Position numbers and translations under genes: made by a program. From Phoronis australis (lineage: Eukaryota > Animalia > Phoronida): a stretch of DNA of 64,000 nt. Below, piece after piece: positions 47,301 through 60,721 of the stretch. A model generated the notes under the pieces. It saw nothing but the letters and a program-made list of their open reading frames with translations. It was not told where the DNA came from and made no database searches. The stretch is taken from NCBI GenBank assembly GCA_002633005.1, contig NMRA01000018.1, positions 1,189,531-1,253,530 of the forward strand. The letters run 5' to 3'. Position 1 is the first letter of the stretch; every line of letters begins with the position of its first letter.

Positions 47301-50033
47301 TGTTGTAAATATCGGCGCTAAGTGGGTGTAAATTTCATTTTCATAGTGATGATAAATGACCGTGGTTTCACATATTGAGTTGTTAATCTTTATCGTCAAC
47401 AAGTATTCCACTTACAGTGGCGACAAATGGCGGCGACCAGAGACGGAAGTACCATCTTTGAGACCCTTAAACCTCGCGTGCGTTTCGTCACAGTATCAAT
47501 TAAAACCATGTTGAACGTATCTGAATCACTTACAAAATATTTAAGTACTGTTTTGTCATGGTATTTTGACTCCGCGGCAAAATACTGCAGAGTAAAATAA
47601 GTGATCTCGGGGGAACACGCCTTTTTTACCGTTTACCTAATAGACTATGTCTAGGTCTTTCATAAAGCAATGATGTCACTGCAAATATAAACTCGAGAAG
47701 CCGTAGCATGGGTTTCGTACCTGTGACATCTATGTAAAAATGATTTTATGGTTGAATTCGTTGGCATTTCCTTATGGTTTCTGTATTCTCCTCCCCCCGA
47801 AAAATTGTGCTTTTGTTGTTGAAACGTGATGAAAAGCAGATTTCCCATCAGTGTGTGTCAGTGGGAGAAAGCTTAGTTTACCGAGTGCGTCTGAGTTGCG
47901 TCTCATATCCATCACATTCAGTTGCAGCTTGTAGCGAAAATTTAACTTTATTGGCGGAAATTCCCTTATAAACGGACAGTGGCGCCGCTAACTGGTATCT
48001 GGTGCGTCGATTCATAACCATGGCGTTTAAATCTGGGGGAGCAGAGAATAGACATATCACTGTTTTGACATTGATAATGAAACTTGGGAATTCCATTCTC
48101 GTGTCAAGGCTACGTTTCCTGAAATAAATAGTTTTAGGCTCTCGTTTTTGGTATATTGGTATTTTCCAGGTCGACAGTGCAACGACGATTGTTTCGTAAC
48201 AAGATAAACAAATAGTTGAACGACGGGGAAATGTGACAGTTCATGTTGCACCTTAAAAGATGCTTCAGCGGTCAAGCGCTCAGTTGTTGCATCCTGTCGT
48301 GAGGGCCGTGTCGCCAGACCCTCTTACGTATATAGGTTGTCTGAGAGCAGAGGTGTGTAAAGGGTCACGATCAGCAGAAAGGCAAGAATAACATATACGT
48401 AACGTCATTGCCAACATTGACAATGATCAGAAAACACGTGCTGTTATCGTTGTAAAGTGTGTGGTGTTTTTCAACGCTTACTGCAAAAACCTACATTTTG
48501 ATTTTTCTAAACGCGACCTGCTCAGTCCTGGGCGACAAAAATGAAGTGATTGTCGTAACTAAATACTTTATTAACATTTCTCCAAAAAGAACGATTAGTT
48601 ATTGTTGCCTGTAATCCAAGAACTTTATTCGTTTACTTATTTTGTCCAAAAGAAAGACAAGTAAAAAATATGATGGAAATTCCAGATTGATGCAGAAGCA
48701 CTACTTGATAAATTCAAAAACAGTTATAGGGAAAGATTGAAAGATATTTGGTTATGTACTTAATAATTTAGATAGAAAGAAGTTAAACGACGTATGAGTT
48801 AAAATTTCGAAAAAAAGAAATGTTGTATTTTACTCGAAAGGCGAGTACATTGAACCCCAACTAGATTTTGAGATCTTATAAATTGAATGGTGTTTTCAAA
48901 ATAAAATTGATAGAAATAACATTTGTAGAAACCCGCGTTTTGCAATGATTTCTCTAACCGTTTCCTGTGATCTCGGCAGTGTCAAATATGACTTAAACCT
49001 TGGGTATTCTGGCGACGAAAGGTTCAACACGAGTGAAAAATCAATCGAATTAAAAAGATTGATAATCACAAGTTACGATAAGACGGATCACTTTAATCCT
49101 ACTGACCCACGACCGGTGTAGAGCATCAAAGTCAAACTCTTCACAAATAATTCAATTACAGTGAATGACTCTAGCGATGATCTTCAGTAGAATTTTGTGA
49201 GTGCATAAGTTAAACACCACGGGGAATTCAGAAGTTGAAACTGGTATGCAAATTGGTAATGTGTTGTGCTTAAGAAGTCTTGCTTTATCAAATCAGTGAA
49301 TTAAAAAATCCTGGAGTTAACACAAGATATTTTGATGGAGAAGTGTAGTTTAACAAACAGGAAACTGACGTATGTTTTGAGGTTATTTCTAGAAAATGTT
49401 CGTCAGGATTAAATTTTGTCACGTTTCTGCTTTTGTTTATTTCATGTGGCACCCAGTTATTTTAAACATAAATTAAAAAGTTCAGTGGTTAGTTGGCAAC
49501 TACATGTACGCACGTGTCTGCAAGATTGGCCACTTTACTTTTCTGTACAGAAAATCATCAAAGTTGCCAAAGTTTTACTTCCATGAACTCAACTGCCTCT
49601 TTTCTTCTCTACAAAAGTAGATGAACGCACCTGCATTGATAAAAAGTAGCAGTTTCCTAAGGTAAAAGCCGCCCTTCCAACAAACTCAGAGGTTGGGTCG
49701 GGCAGGATTTTGTGAGATTGATACTTGCAAACCATTTATAGGTCGTTACACGCGCCTACGTACATGTGTGGAGATCATTTTGAGTAAATCCAATGAACTT
49801 TAATAACATGTGAAGAGTTTTAACACTAGATGTTGACGTGATTTGAATTGAAGAACAAGCCATTAATTGAAAAGTGTTCAAAATGGATAAATACACTCAA
49901 AGGTTATATTGTTGTATGTATCTATGCATCTGTGCAACGGACACCTGCCCCTGTATACAAGCAAACGTTAGGCGCATAAGCTTTTGTGCGAAACATTTGA
50001 TTAAACATTTTATTGAAACTTTTTGACAAAACG

Positions 50034-53000
50034 CAATATATCGAATTTCGGCTTCTGGCTTAAATATACGACGCAAGACTTTATAGAAGATTTTTATTTC
50101 TATGCATGAATTATAAAAATCACAGTGCATGATGAATGATTTCATTAGTCTTGTAAATTTCACACTGCACAACAGTGACCCCCTATTTCTTGGGTCTAGA
50201 AGAAGGGGTTTGCACATTCTCATGTCATACTCTTCTAGAAAACACTTGTGACATGTTGATAAGAAACTACAGGTAACTTCAAAAAGTACCTGATACACGC
50301 GATGGAAATTATATTCATCCTCAGGCTTCCCATTTGCGTACAGCGTAAAGTCACGTGGGTTATCCTATATGTATCCTCAAAACCCATCTGCCATTACACA
50401 AAACAACATTTGATTTAGATCACTAATCGCTATGAAGCCGGTCTCAAGTTGTTGCTTAGTCAAACTGGAGATGATTTCATGGCTTGCAGAGAACGGACAG
50501 TTCGTTATTGTTCGAGACCAAGTTCTACAAAGTTGGCTTGTCACGGCGTGTCATTTCATGTGTCGAACGTAGTCTCTATGAATACAAGTTCATTGCAAAC
50601 TCAAAAATCGATTTCCACCTGAGTAAAGAACAAGTTGAAAATAAAATGATTACTGGAAAGTGGTCTAACTAAAAAATTTTTTTCTTGGCCGGAACGCGCG
50701 TTTATACAAGTTGTTACTAATCCCTTTGGGCATGCAAAGAAGTAAAAACAAGAAGTTTGATAAAATTACATGTAGACTTTTAACGTCGACAGGATTTCGG
50801 TGAATTATTTTTTATATTTTAGCTGGGATATCTTCAGAACAGAGAGCATAACTCTTGCTGTAGACAGGTAAGCCTGCATTATTCGATAAACTTTCCGCAA
50901 CACGAGTGAAAAAAATCTGCCTCATGACCACTACAATACATAAACGCGAATAGCGAATCATTTCGTTTAGTATTTAATGTTTTAAAACGTATGTAGATCC
51001 ATAAAGCATATGAATAAAAAATCATTTCATTAAGTTGCTCATATTCATATTTTATTCAATTATGCAAACAAAGGGTTAGGCTAACTCTCAATCAAAGACA
51101 TTCCCTGTACGAAAGTACGTAATTACATTTCGAAACAACGTTCTTAAATTGCTTTGCATCAAAATATTTCTTTTATGTATCTAAAGAAACATTTAACATT
51201 TAATTCGATACGTTTTTCTAGACGAGTCGTCAATTATCTGTAGCCAAGCGTCTACAAAGCAAACTGTTAACACTCAATTTTAGTCGAAGACACAATGCCG
51301 TAATGTCAAACCGTGTATTCATTGATTGATTACTGGCCTGAAGACGAGTATTACATAGCATGTATTTCATTCGCTACACACACAGGAAAATGAGCGGTTC
51401 GTCACAAATGTCGATTTCCCGTCTCTATTTACCAGCATTACTTGTAATGCGACGCGTCAAAAACGGATGATTACGGCGTAATAGATGATGATTTTTACCT
51501 TTCTTAAATTACAGGATTTAAATTGAATTCACTGTTTTAATGGGAAAATGTTTCCCATTTGGTCGTGAACGTGTGTTAATGCGATCATTCAAAGGTGTGA
51601 GCTATAATGTCATATGAAAGAATTCCTGGGGTGAAAAGCTGATGGCTATGACTGTTGGATGAAAGTCTTTGCGACTTCAGACAGAACTAAAGGCACCAAG
51701 CTTGAACATTAGTTTTATTTTGATGAATGCGTCTCGGACGCCAACCCAAGCGACTGTATCAAATGACAATAAAGGGTGACGTCATGCATTCTAGCGAATT
51801 AGCAACTTCACGCTGTTAGTCACCTAGTCGGGCATTTAATTTTGTCAACATTTTCTCACTCGGTAATTTTTCACACATTTCGTTTGCCTCGAGATAAATT
51901 CTAGGACTAAGGTGTTATGCTTTCAAAAGGAAATTGACGTGCACATAAATCGTAACCAAAATAAAGATAATTCGTCGTGGGCACGCTGAAGCTANCAATA
52001 TATCGAATTTCGGCTTCTGGCTTAAATATACGACGCAAGACTTTATAGAAGACTTTTATTTCTATGCATGAATTATAAAAATCACAGTGCATGATGAATG
52101 ATTTCATTAGTCTTGTAAATTTCACACTGCACAACAGTGACCCCCTATTTCTTGGGTCTAGAAGAAGGGGTTTGCACATTCTCATGTCATACTCTCTTCT
52201 AGAAAACACTTGTGACATGTTGATAAGAAACTACAGGTAAGTTCAATAAGTACCTGATGCACTCGATAGAAATTATATTCATCCTCAGGCTTCCCATTTG
52301 CGTACAGCGTGAAGTCACGTGGGTTATCCTATACGTATCCTCAAAACCCATCTGCCATTACACAAAACAACACAAAACAACATTTGATTTAGACCACTAA
52401 TCGCTATGAAGCCGGTCTCAAGTTGTTGCTTAGTCAAACTGGAGATGATTTCATGGCTTGCAGAGAAGGGACAGTTCGTTATTGTTCGAGACCAAGTTCT
52501 ACAAAATTGGCTTGTCACGGCTTGTCAGTTCATGTGTCGAACGCAGTCTCTATGAATACAAGTTCTTTGCAAACTCAAAAATCGATTTCCATCTGAGTAA
52601 AGAACAAGTTGAAAATAAAATGATTAATGGAAAGTGGTCTAACTAAAAAATTCTTTTCTTGGCCGGAACGCGCGTTTATACATGTTGTTACTAATCCCTT
52701 AGGGCATGCAAAGAAGTAACAACAAGAAGTTTGATAAAATTAGACTTTTAACGTCGACAGGATTTCGGTGAATTATTTTTTATATTTTAGCTAGGATATC
52801 TTCAGAGCAGAGAGCATAAACCCTGCTGTAGACAGGTAAGCCTGTATTATTCGATAATCTTTCCGCAACACGAGTGAAAAAAATCCGCCTCATGACCGCT
52901 ACAATACATAAACGCGAATAGAGAATCGTATCGACGTTGAAAAGTCGTAATTTTCATTTCGTTTAGTATTTAATGTTTTAAAACGTATGTAGATCCATAA

Positions 53001-53991
53001 AGCATATGAATAAAAAATCATTTCATTAAGTTGCTCATATTCATATTTTATTCAATTATGCAAACAAAGGATTAAGGCTGACTCTCAATCAAAGACATTC
53101 CCTGTACGAAAGTACGTAATTACATTTCGAAACAACGTTCTTAAATTGCTTTGCATCAAAATATTTCTTTTATGTATCTAAAGAAACATTTAACATTTAA
53201 TTCGATACGTTTTTCTAGACGAGTCGTCAATTATCTGTAGCCAAGCGTCTACAAAGCAAACTGTTAACACTCAATTTTAGTCGAAGACACAATGCCGTAA
53301 TGTCAAACCGTGTATTCATTGATTGATTACTGGCCTGAAGACGAGTATTACATAGCATGTATTTCATTCGCTACACACACAGGAAAATGAGCGGTTCGTC
53401 ACAAATGTCGATTTCCCGTCTCTATTTACCAGCATTACTTGTAATGCGACGCGTCAAAAACGGATGATTACGGCGTAATAGATGATGATTTTTACCTTTC
53501 TTAAATTACAGGATTTAAATTGAATTCACTGTTTTAATGGGAAAATGTTTCCCATTTGGTCGTGAACGTGTGTTAATGCGATCATTCAAAGGTGTGAGCT
53601 ATAATGTCATATGAAAGAATTCCTGGGGTGAAAAGCTGATGGCTATGACTGTTGGATGAAAGTCTTTGCGACTTCAGACAGAACTAAAGGCACCAAGCTT
53701 GAACATTAGTTTTATTTTGATGAATGCGTCTCGGACGCCAACCCAAGCGACTGTATCAAATGACAATAAAGGGTGACGTCATGCATTCTAGCGAATTAGC
53801 AACTTCACGCTGTTAGTCACCTAGTCGGGCATTTAATTTTGTCAACATTTTCTCACTCGGTAATTTTTCACACATTTCGTTTGCCTCGAGATAAATTCTA
53901 GGACTAAGGTGTTATGCTTTCAAAAGGAAATTGACGTGCACATAAATCGTAACCAAAATAAAGATAATTCGTCGTGGGCACGCTGAAGCTA
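50034..53991. repeat. ~1.96-kb direct duplication joined by a single N (51995); probable artefact
   Basis: 50034-51994 versus 51996-53991: allelic-level SNPs and indels in the first half, apparently identical in the second. Confidence 0.88.
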
Positions 53992-55815
53992 CAGGAACCC
54001 GAAACCAAGTGTTCCCTTAGGAGTTTAAAAAATAATTTCAAAACCGCTCAATAAGATTTATTAGTTGTTTACTGGTGAAATGAAAACATCATCCGATAAT
54101 TTAACACCGAAACGAAAATATGAAACTTGAATAACTAATAACAACAGTACCAAAATGTTGATTCTTCGGATGTATTAGTTATTAACAACTAACAAAGTGT
54201 AAAGCATCGAGTGAATTGTAAATACTTATCTTTTATATCTAATTTTTGTTTCCGATAAGTGGAAAAACATAAGATGCAAGAGCTCATACGAGTATCGATT
54301 AAAGGCGATGCGTTTTAGGGTATACGAATGTGTGTACGTTAATCCGTCGACCTCTTTAACGTGAGATTTTTTTGTTATTTTTCTACAAAATATGGCAATT
54401 TAATATGTACTTCCGGTATATTTAGCTACATTTGTCTCATGGGATATCTGTTTGAAACGTGCACATCATTTTAATCAGGAAACAGTTGAGAAACCCCACG
54501 GACTCGGAACACATTGCTATTCAAGCCATTACACAAATGACGGAGTTATAATCTTTTTCTGATAGTGTGGACGTTAGAGTATCTTTGTACGCGTGTCATT
54601 TGGTCTGGTGTCTTGTAAAAACACATTACCACCCAGATGGCTCATGGCGTGGTGCCGTATTGAACCGCGAACCATTTGGGTGTCTGTCTGTCCGGAGCAG
54701 ATCGTTAGCGTTTAATTAGAAACGCTACTGTCAGGCGGGCTTGTTTCATTTGGTGCTGAAGACCTGGTCGAATACTTTGTTAATTGTCTTGTGTTGCGCA
54801 AACGATCGAATTTCGACTACTGGCAGTTTGGAGCAATCTCGGAGAAAATGCGAAAGTTTACATTGTAAAGTGTTGCGTGGAAATTCAGCAACAGAAGGGT
54901 TGTAAACGATAGTTAGTCCAGGCCAACGAAATATAACACACTTTTGAATAATAGACACATTTTTCATAATATGCACATAAGATATTCGGTAAAAACAATT
55001 TTCCAGGGAGGAAAAAATGGAATTTAAAAAATTAAGAGATATAGTTTATGTCACATACATTTTGCAGGTAGAGTGCATAATTCTGACTCGTTGTTGTGTA
55101 TGTGGACATGAAATGGACAGCTTATATCATGGATTTCCTTTCATTGGAGAAAAGATATATGGTGAAAATCAATTTCTAAAGCCAGATAGAGATAATGCAA
55201 TGAAAACGTTGTGCACTCAGCAACGATATTTTTGAAACAAGAGATCCAAAGAAAACTGTTCGAACTGATTTTGGCGTTTTATGGTGGGAGGACAAAGTTG
55301 TTCAGAAAACTGCAACTAACAAATTCGCGGTCAGCAAATAAAGAAGTGCAAAAAATAATGACACTCTCGCGTTCTAGAGATGCCGTCAGGGTTATCGGTT
55401 ACATTTCTCGACAAACATTAACTCGACAGTGTTGCGATAGGCTGGCGTAGTAATCTTATTCTCTCACATGTGTTGACAGTCGGTGAATGGGCATATCCCA
55501 TTAATTGCTAGTCGATACTCCACAACACGAGAAAGCGACCGCCTCCTTTCGCACTATTAGCCGATTATAATGGGATAAGAAAAGAGATCGTGCGCTTGAA
55601 CAACATACGTTGGTCTGTTTGCCGCCGTATAGGTATCGGTAGTGCTCCAGAGCAGACGATCTGATTTTAGTCGGTGTAGTTGGAACTTTTGAAGATTCCT
55701 TGGGTACGCCGACTAACGATAGAAAATCCGGGTTACTTGGAATATATAGAATCTGCAGGGAAATTTCGGATTTTTGTCAAATTTCAATTGAATTTTGTGG
55801 TTGCTTCGTCCATAC

Positions 55816-56104
55816 ATGACGCAAGAACAGGTCGTTATGTCTGACGAAGACTGTCAGACCAGTGGTAATAACCACTCAGAAGACGAATGCTTTACAAACG
55901 CGATGTCGTCAAAAAATACAATGGAACGCGTCAAACTGAGTCACAAATCTGACGGAGGTTCTACGCCCTCTGGGTCGAAGAGACCACTGGCACGATTGTC
56001 TGCAAAGGCGTCGGCGTTCTCCATTGAGGCTCTCATGGCACCAAGTCCCGCCAAGAAAATGAAGTCAGAGGGAAAAGAAGAGGCTAAATTCCCTCCTCCA
56101 ATAG
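55816..56104 (+). CDS. TBX20: Tbx20 (H15/midline) T-box transcription factor, coding exon 1
   Basis: RLSAKASAFSIEALM matches the Tbx20 N-terminal eh1 motif (vertebrate LSSRANAFSIAALM); donor G|GTGAGA. Several in-frame ATGs make the exact start uncertain. Confidence 0.85.
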
Positions 56105-57238
56105 GTGAGAACTAAACTCTAAAGGAATTTTCCAACTTGAAATTAATTGTTAGAGTAAAGTACTATTCTTCACAAAAAATGGAGATTCTTTGAGTTGTTG
56201 TTTTGATGTTTAGTCTTATGCTTGTGAAAATGCAAAACGCTGTTAGACGGTTACTTTAAATACCCTGTAAATGTAATAAAATATAATGTATTTAGCTTGA
56301 CATGTCAACAAATGGCACACTTTACGAGACTGAGTAAACTGTTTATCTAACTGTTTTTTGTCTCCGTGGCCTATAATTGGTCGTGCACCTCGTTTAAGCC
56401 TCATAGTGAAAAGAACAGGACCACAGATGCAGTCCCAAGTTGATAAGTGGCCTACAGAAATTCAAAACTTATAAACATTCCCACACTTGGAAAATGCAGT
56501 GAGAGCTCATAGCGATGGCCAATTACGCGAAGCCATGTGTCATTTCGAAACGGAAATTTCAATGTTGAAATCGCATTGTTTTAATAATATTATATTTTTG
56601 TCGGTGGACTCCAAGTTATCACAGTTGCCCGGTGATCGAGTACACTGGTCTATCAAGCGCTTATCCTCAAAGAACCACTTTTTGCTCAATCAGTAACCAC
56701 CTTTTATGGTATTTACAGAATCCTTCTACTTAACCACCTGGGTTCTCATGACTACAATTTACGTGTAGTAAAGACCATTCTTTTTATGATCCTCCGTTCG
56801 CCTTAAAAACAGCACATTGCTGCTTGCACTTTTCAATCATTGTAAAGTACTCCCAAATTTTTTTCAATGGGAACTGGTTAGATCTTGTAGACCGGAAAAT
56901 CGAATGTTGCAATAAAACTAGAAAGCGGGGCTATGTTGAACATGCTTTGAAATTCGGGCCACTGTTGAGAAAATGAAGCAATCTTTTAGGGAGGTAGCAA
57001 GTTTATGGGAGGTGATAACATTTATAGACACTATGAGTGATCTTATGCGGGTTATTCTTGTGGATACATATGTGAATTGACAAAGACGTGACCGTAAAAA
57101 TGATTTTTGCAGCACAGTGTGTTAACTTATTTAGTTGTCAGAAATTTAATTTACGTTTGATGTTCTTTTTCCATTAGACTCATGCCTGCATAAGACAGCA
57201 GCTATGAAAAAATACGATTTTGTTTGTTTCTGTTTCAG

Positions 57239-57458
57239 ATAAAGTAATAGAGCAATCGCCAATCGATATTGTTAGCGACGCAGACGACACTGACGGCGAG
57301 AGCGAGGTTCTCTCTCCTCCCTCCTTCTCCACGTGCTCGTCTCCTCATGAAAATGGAACAGAGGGAATGGAAAACACCCGATGTCGACTGGAAACTAAAG
57401 AATTATGGGACAAATTCCACGAGCTTGGAACAGAAATGATCATTACTAAATCTGGAAG
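57239..57458 (+). CDS. TBX20: Tbx20 coding exon 2 (start of T-box domain); gene continues beyond the window
   Basis: TGTTTCAG acceptor in phase 1. [26 protein letters not shown] matches the Tbx20 T-box start. Donor AG|GTTAGT. I found no RMFP exon before 64000. Confidence 0.93.
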
Positions 57459-59739
57459 GTTAGTTACAAGTAGACGTATATCACGAACGGAATAGAGTCC
57501 GTGCCCTTTCATGCATAGCTGCAGATTCTTTGTGATTGTTGTTAACGTTAGAAGGTCTGATCGCTGGGAAAATGGTATGGAAAATTAAAGTAGCTGCTAT
57601 CACCCGGGAATATAGTCTCATTATTATGATGATGTATGCGCATTAATTATATACACACTGGAAAATGAGCCGATGTAAAATAGCACGACAAAAGTAAAAC
57701 AAAAGAAAACTCCAAAGCATTATAAACAAAACCCAACTAATATATTATTCATCTTTTAAGAGCATTTTTTTAACAATGTTAATCATAAAAAGCTATGTGT
57801 TTTTCAAAATTGGTTTACGCATTTTCTGTACGTGAGATGAGTCGTCATTGTAGAATTGTAAGAAACCAGTAGACCTAATGGTTCACTGAGAAATGTGGTT
57901 GAGTTTTTTATTCGAATTGCAACTGCAGTGCCTTTGAAAGTTCTTTACTAATTTGAAACTTGAGCAATTTCGCAAATCTGCGTGAGTACGATGCTAAGCT
58001 GTTTATAGCAACGAACAATTTCGCTTTTCATTCATTTTGGCGAAAGGTCAAAAGTCGGTGATGACCTCTTTTAAAACGCTTTTACATATAATTATGTACC
58101 TCCGTACTTGACCACGGTCTGTTTATAACCATTCTGTTTTGCCCCATTTGGCTGTACAGCGATCAAATTTTACTTAGTTTTTGCAACAATGACGCTGACG
58201 GACAGAAAGGTGACAGTAAACCCTTATGTTCCTTTAGCTCACAAAATTATTGAAAGTCTTTTCCCAACGTTTCATGCACCAGTTAACAATAATGAAAAAT
58301 ATTCTGGCTACTGAATTTAGGTTGGTAATATGCTAACCATTAGTCATTAAATGATATATTTCTTCGTTTCTTTTCCTGCCGATGCCAGTTTCCCTATGAT
58401 CTCTTCACTTCGATGTCGCATTTTTCACAGCCTTGTGAGGATATTAGGCGCATGATTTGAGCTCTGGGCACCACAACCAGTCAGTAGTCTGCTAGAGTAG
58501 GGACACTTTGCGTGTCAACACTCGGTGCTTTCGCATTGTTTCGTTCCTGTTTTCATTTACTCATTTAATTTTCACTTGTCAAGCTTTTGTTTATTCACGC
58601 TTAATTTGTAAGCTAACGTTCCTTGATAGTTTACACTAGTCATTCGCAGCCACATGCACAGAAAACCAATCCAGTCATGTGACGCGTAATAGTAGGTGTG
58701 TAGTTGGATTTTATTTATCATTCTTTGAATTCCAAATCATTTTTTCCACTTTTTATTTTCTTACGGTTAGTATTCAGATCTTTCAGAAAATTAGGGTTGA
58801 CCTGAAAACTAGAACTCTAGTGGGGAAAACAACAGTGTCAGTGCAGGTTGGAACATTATGGCGTACACCGCGAAATTAATTTTCAGTTGTTAAACTTTCT
58901 GTCAGTAAATTGTTGACGAGTGATGCAATTTAATCCAAGCATTGACGCGGGACGTGATGACAGACGCTTAAATCGCTGGCCATTTCTGCCCACTTTCCTC
59001 AACGCGAGTTTACAATAAATCGTTAGCGAGAGTGAAGTGTTAACGTTTACGTTAATTCCATAAATCTCCTTAATCGAAGCGTGACACATTAGAAGCTCGT
59101 TTCCTAAAACCGGCCCTCATCAATGTGGGAGGCAACATTGTCCGACTCATGGTTCACTTCATGGCCACATCATTCCATTAACAAAATTGATGTACTTGTT
59201 CGCTATAGGGGGCGCACGCAGTGAATGGCCGCGCAAACAATTATAAGTGAGTCAGTGAAAGTTTTAGCACCCAATCGCAACTACATGCACAAACTTAACC
59301 CTGTGCAGATAAATAGTGCAAGTGCATAAGAACGCGGGCCTGTTATATGATACAGTCCCGCTTTAAAAACTAACGAATTAAACCACTTAGATCAGTGCCA
59401 TAAAACTGATCTACCTTTGAAGGGATTGTTGTACAAGGAAAGAACAGTTCGCATCCACGTCTTTAAAGAATGAAAAAGTATCAGTTTTGGCAAAAATGTC
59501 CGAAATTGGTGAGATTTTACTTTGGTCGTTTTGGCAGAGTTTTGGTTTGTAGTAGATGTATTACATTCAACGGTTTATAATGGCCGGATTTGCCGATTTT
59601 TTATTATTTTTCTTGAAGCTTTCATCGCTGTTGTCCGAGCCAACGTAAAACGTCAAACTCACGTGTAGATGTAGTGATAATGGGCACGTGAGGCATTGCA
59701 GATGAGTTGATTGTGAAATGCGTAGGACTATTTTGGTGT

Positions 59740-60721
59740 ATCATTTTAAGTGGCATTAAACCCGTGATTCCTGTCAAAATGCAAGTTTTGATTTAGGCCA
59801 CCGTTACAGAAGTGGTCTCAAATTGTTCCTTACTCTGATGAGAAAGGATTTCCGGGCTATGGAAAAACTGATAGTTCGCTATTTCTTCATACGAACTGTC
59901 AATTCTTCCCTAGCTCAAGGATCTCTTCTAAACTAGAAAAAACATAAGACCGATTTTATAACCGTAAGGGGCTCAAGTCAAAAATTGTTTTCTTGCAAAA
60001 AGCACGGCTTCAATGCCGCTTTGAACAGACTAGAAACATGAGTTACGGCCGAGAAGAGACCTTTGGATTTAGAGTCTGGCTGCAAGCAATAACTTCAAAT
60101 TTAACTAAAAACTAAAAAAAAAAAAAAAAAAAAACAACTTGAGACCAAGTAGTCTAAATCAAAAATTGTCTTTTTGTGATTGAAGGCGGATTCATAGCCA
60201 CTTTAAATTTGCTANATCATTTTAAGCGGCATTAAACCAGTGATTTCTGTCAAAAGGCAAGTTTTGATTTAGGCCACTGTTACACAAGTGGCCTCAAATT
60301 GTTCCTTACTCTGATGAGAAATGATTTCCGGGCTATGGAAAAACTGACAGTTCGCTATTTCTTCATACGAACTGTCAATTCTTCCCTAGCTCAAGGATCT
60401 CTTCTAAACTAGAAAAAACATAAGACCGATTTTATAACCGTAAGGGGCTCAAGTCAAAAATTGTTTTCTTGCAAAAAGCACGGCTTCAATGCCGCTTTGA
60501 ACAGACTAGAAACATGAGTTACGTCCGAGAAGAGACCTTTGGATTTAGAGCCTGGCTGCAAGCAATAACTTCCAATTTAACTAAAAACTAAAAAAAAAAA
60601 AAAAACAACTTGAGACCAAGNAAAAAAAAAAAAAAAAAAAACAACTTGAGACCAAGTAGTCTAAATCAAAAATTGTCTTTTTGTGATTGAAGGCGGATTC
60701 ATAGCCACTTTAAATTTGCTA
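59740..60721. repeat. ~475-bp direct duplication joined by N (60215, second N at 60621); probable artefact
   Basis: 59740-60214 versus 60216-60721 near-identical; poly-A tract at the second N. Confidence 0.85.

Noticed and set aside
47425-47450. YY1-like AAATGGCGGC plus ETS CGGAAGT as a promoter
   Set aside because: No associated exon was found, and similar motifs occur inside transposon ends elsewhere in this window.
49897-52646. Paired ORFs (133/103 aa and 62/62 aa)
   Set aside because: They are chance ORFs in repeat-derived, duplicated sequence with no protein motif.
50034-53991. Real tandem duplication of a Tbx20 upstream enhancer
   Set aside because: The copies meet at a single N and differ at allelic level, and the same pattern occurs at 3547 and 60215. 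This points to an assembly artefact.
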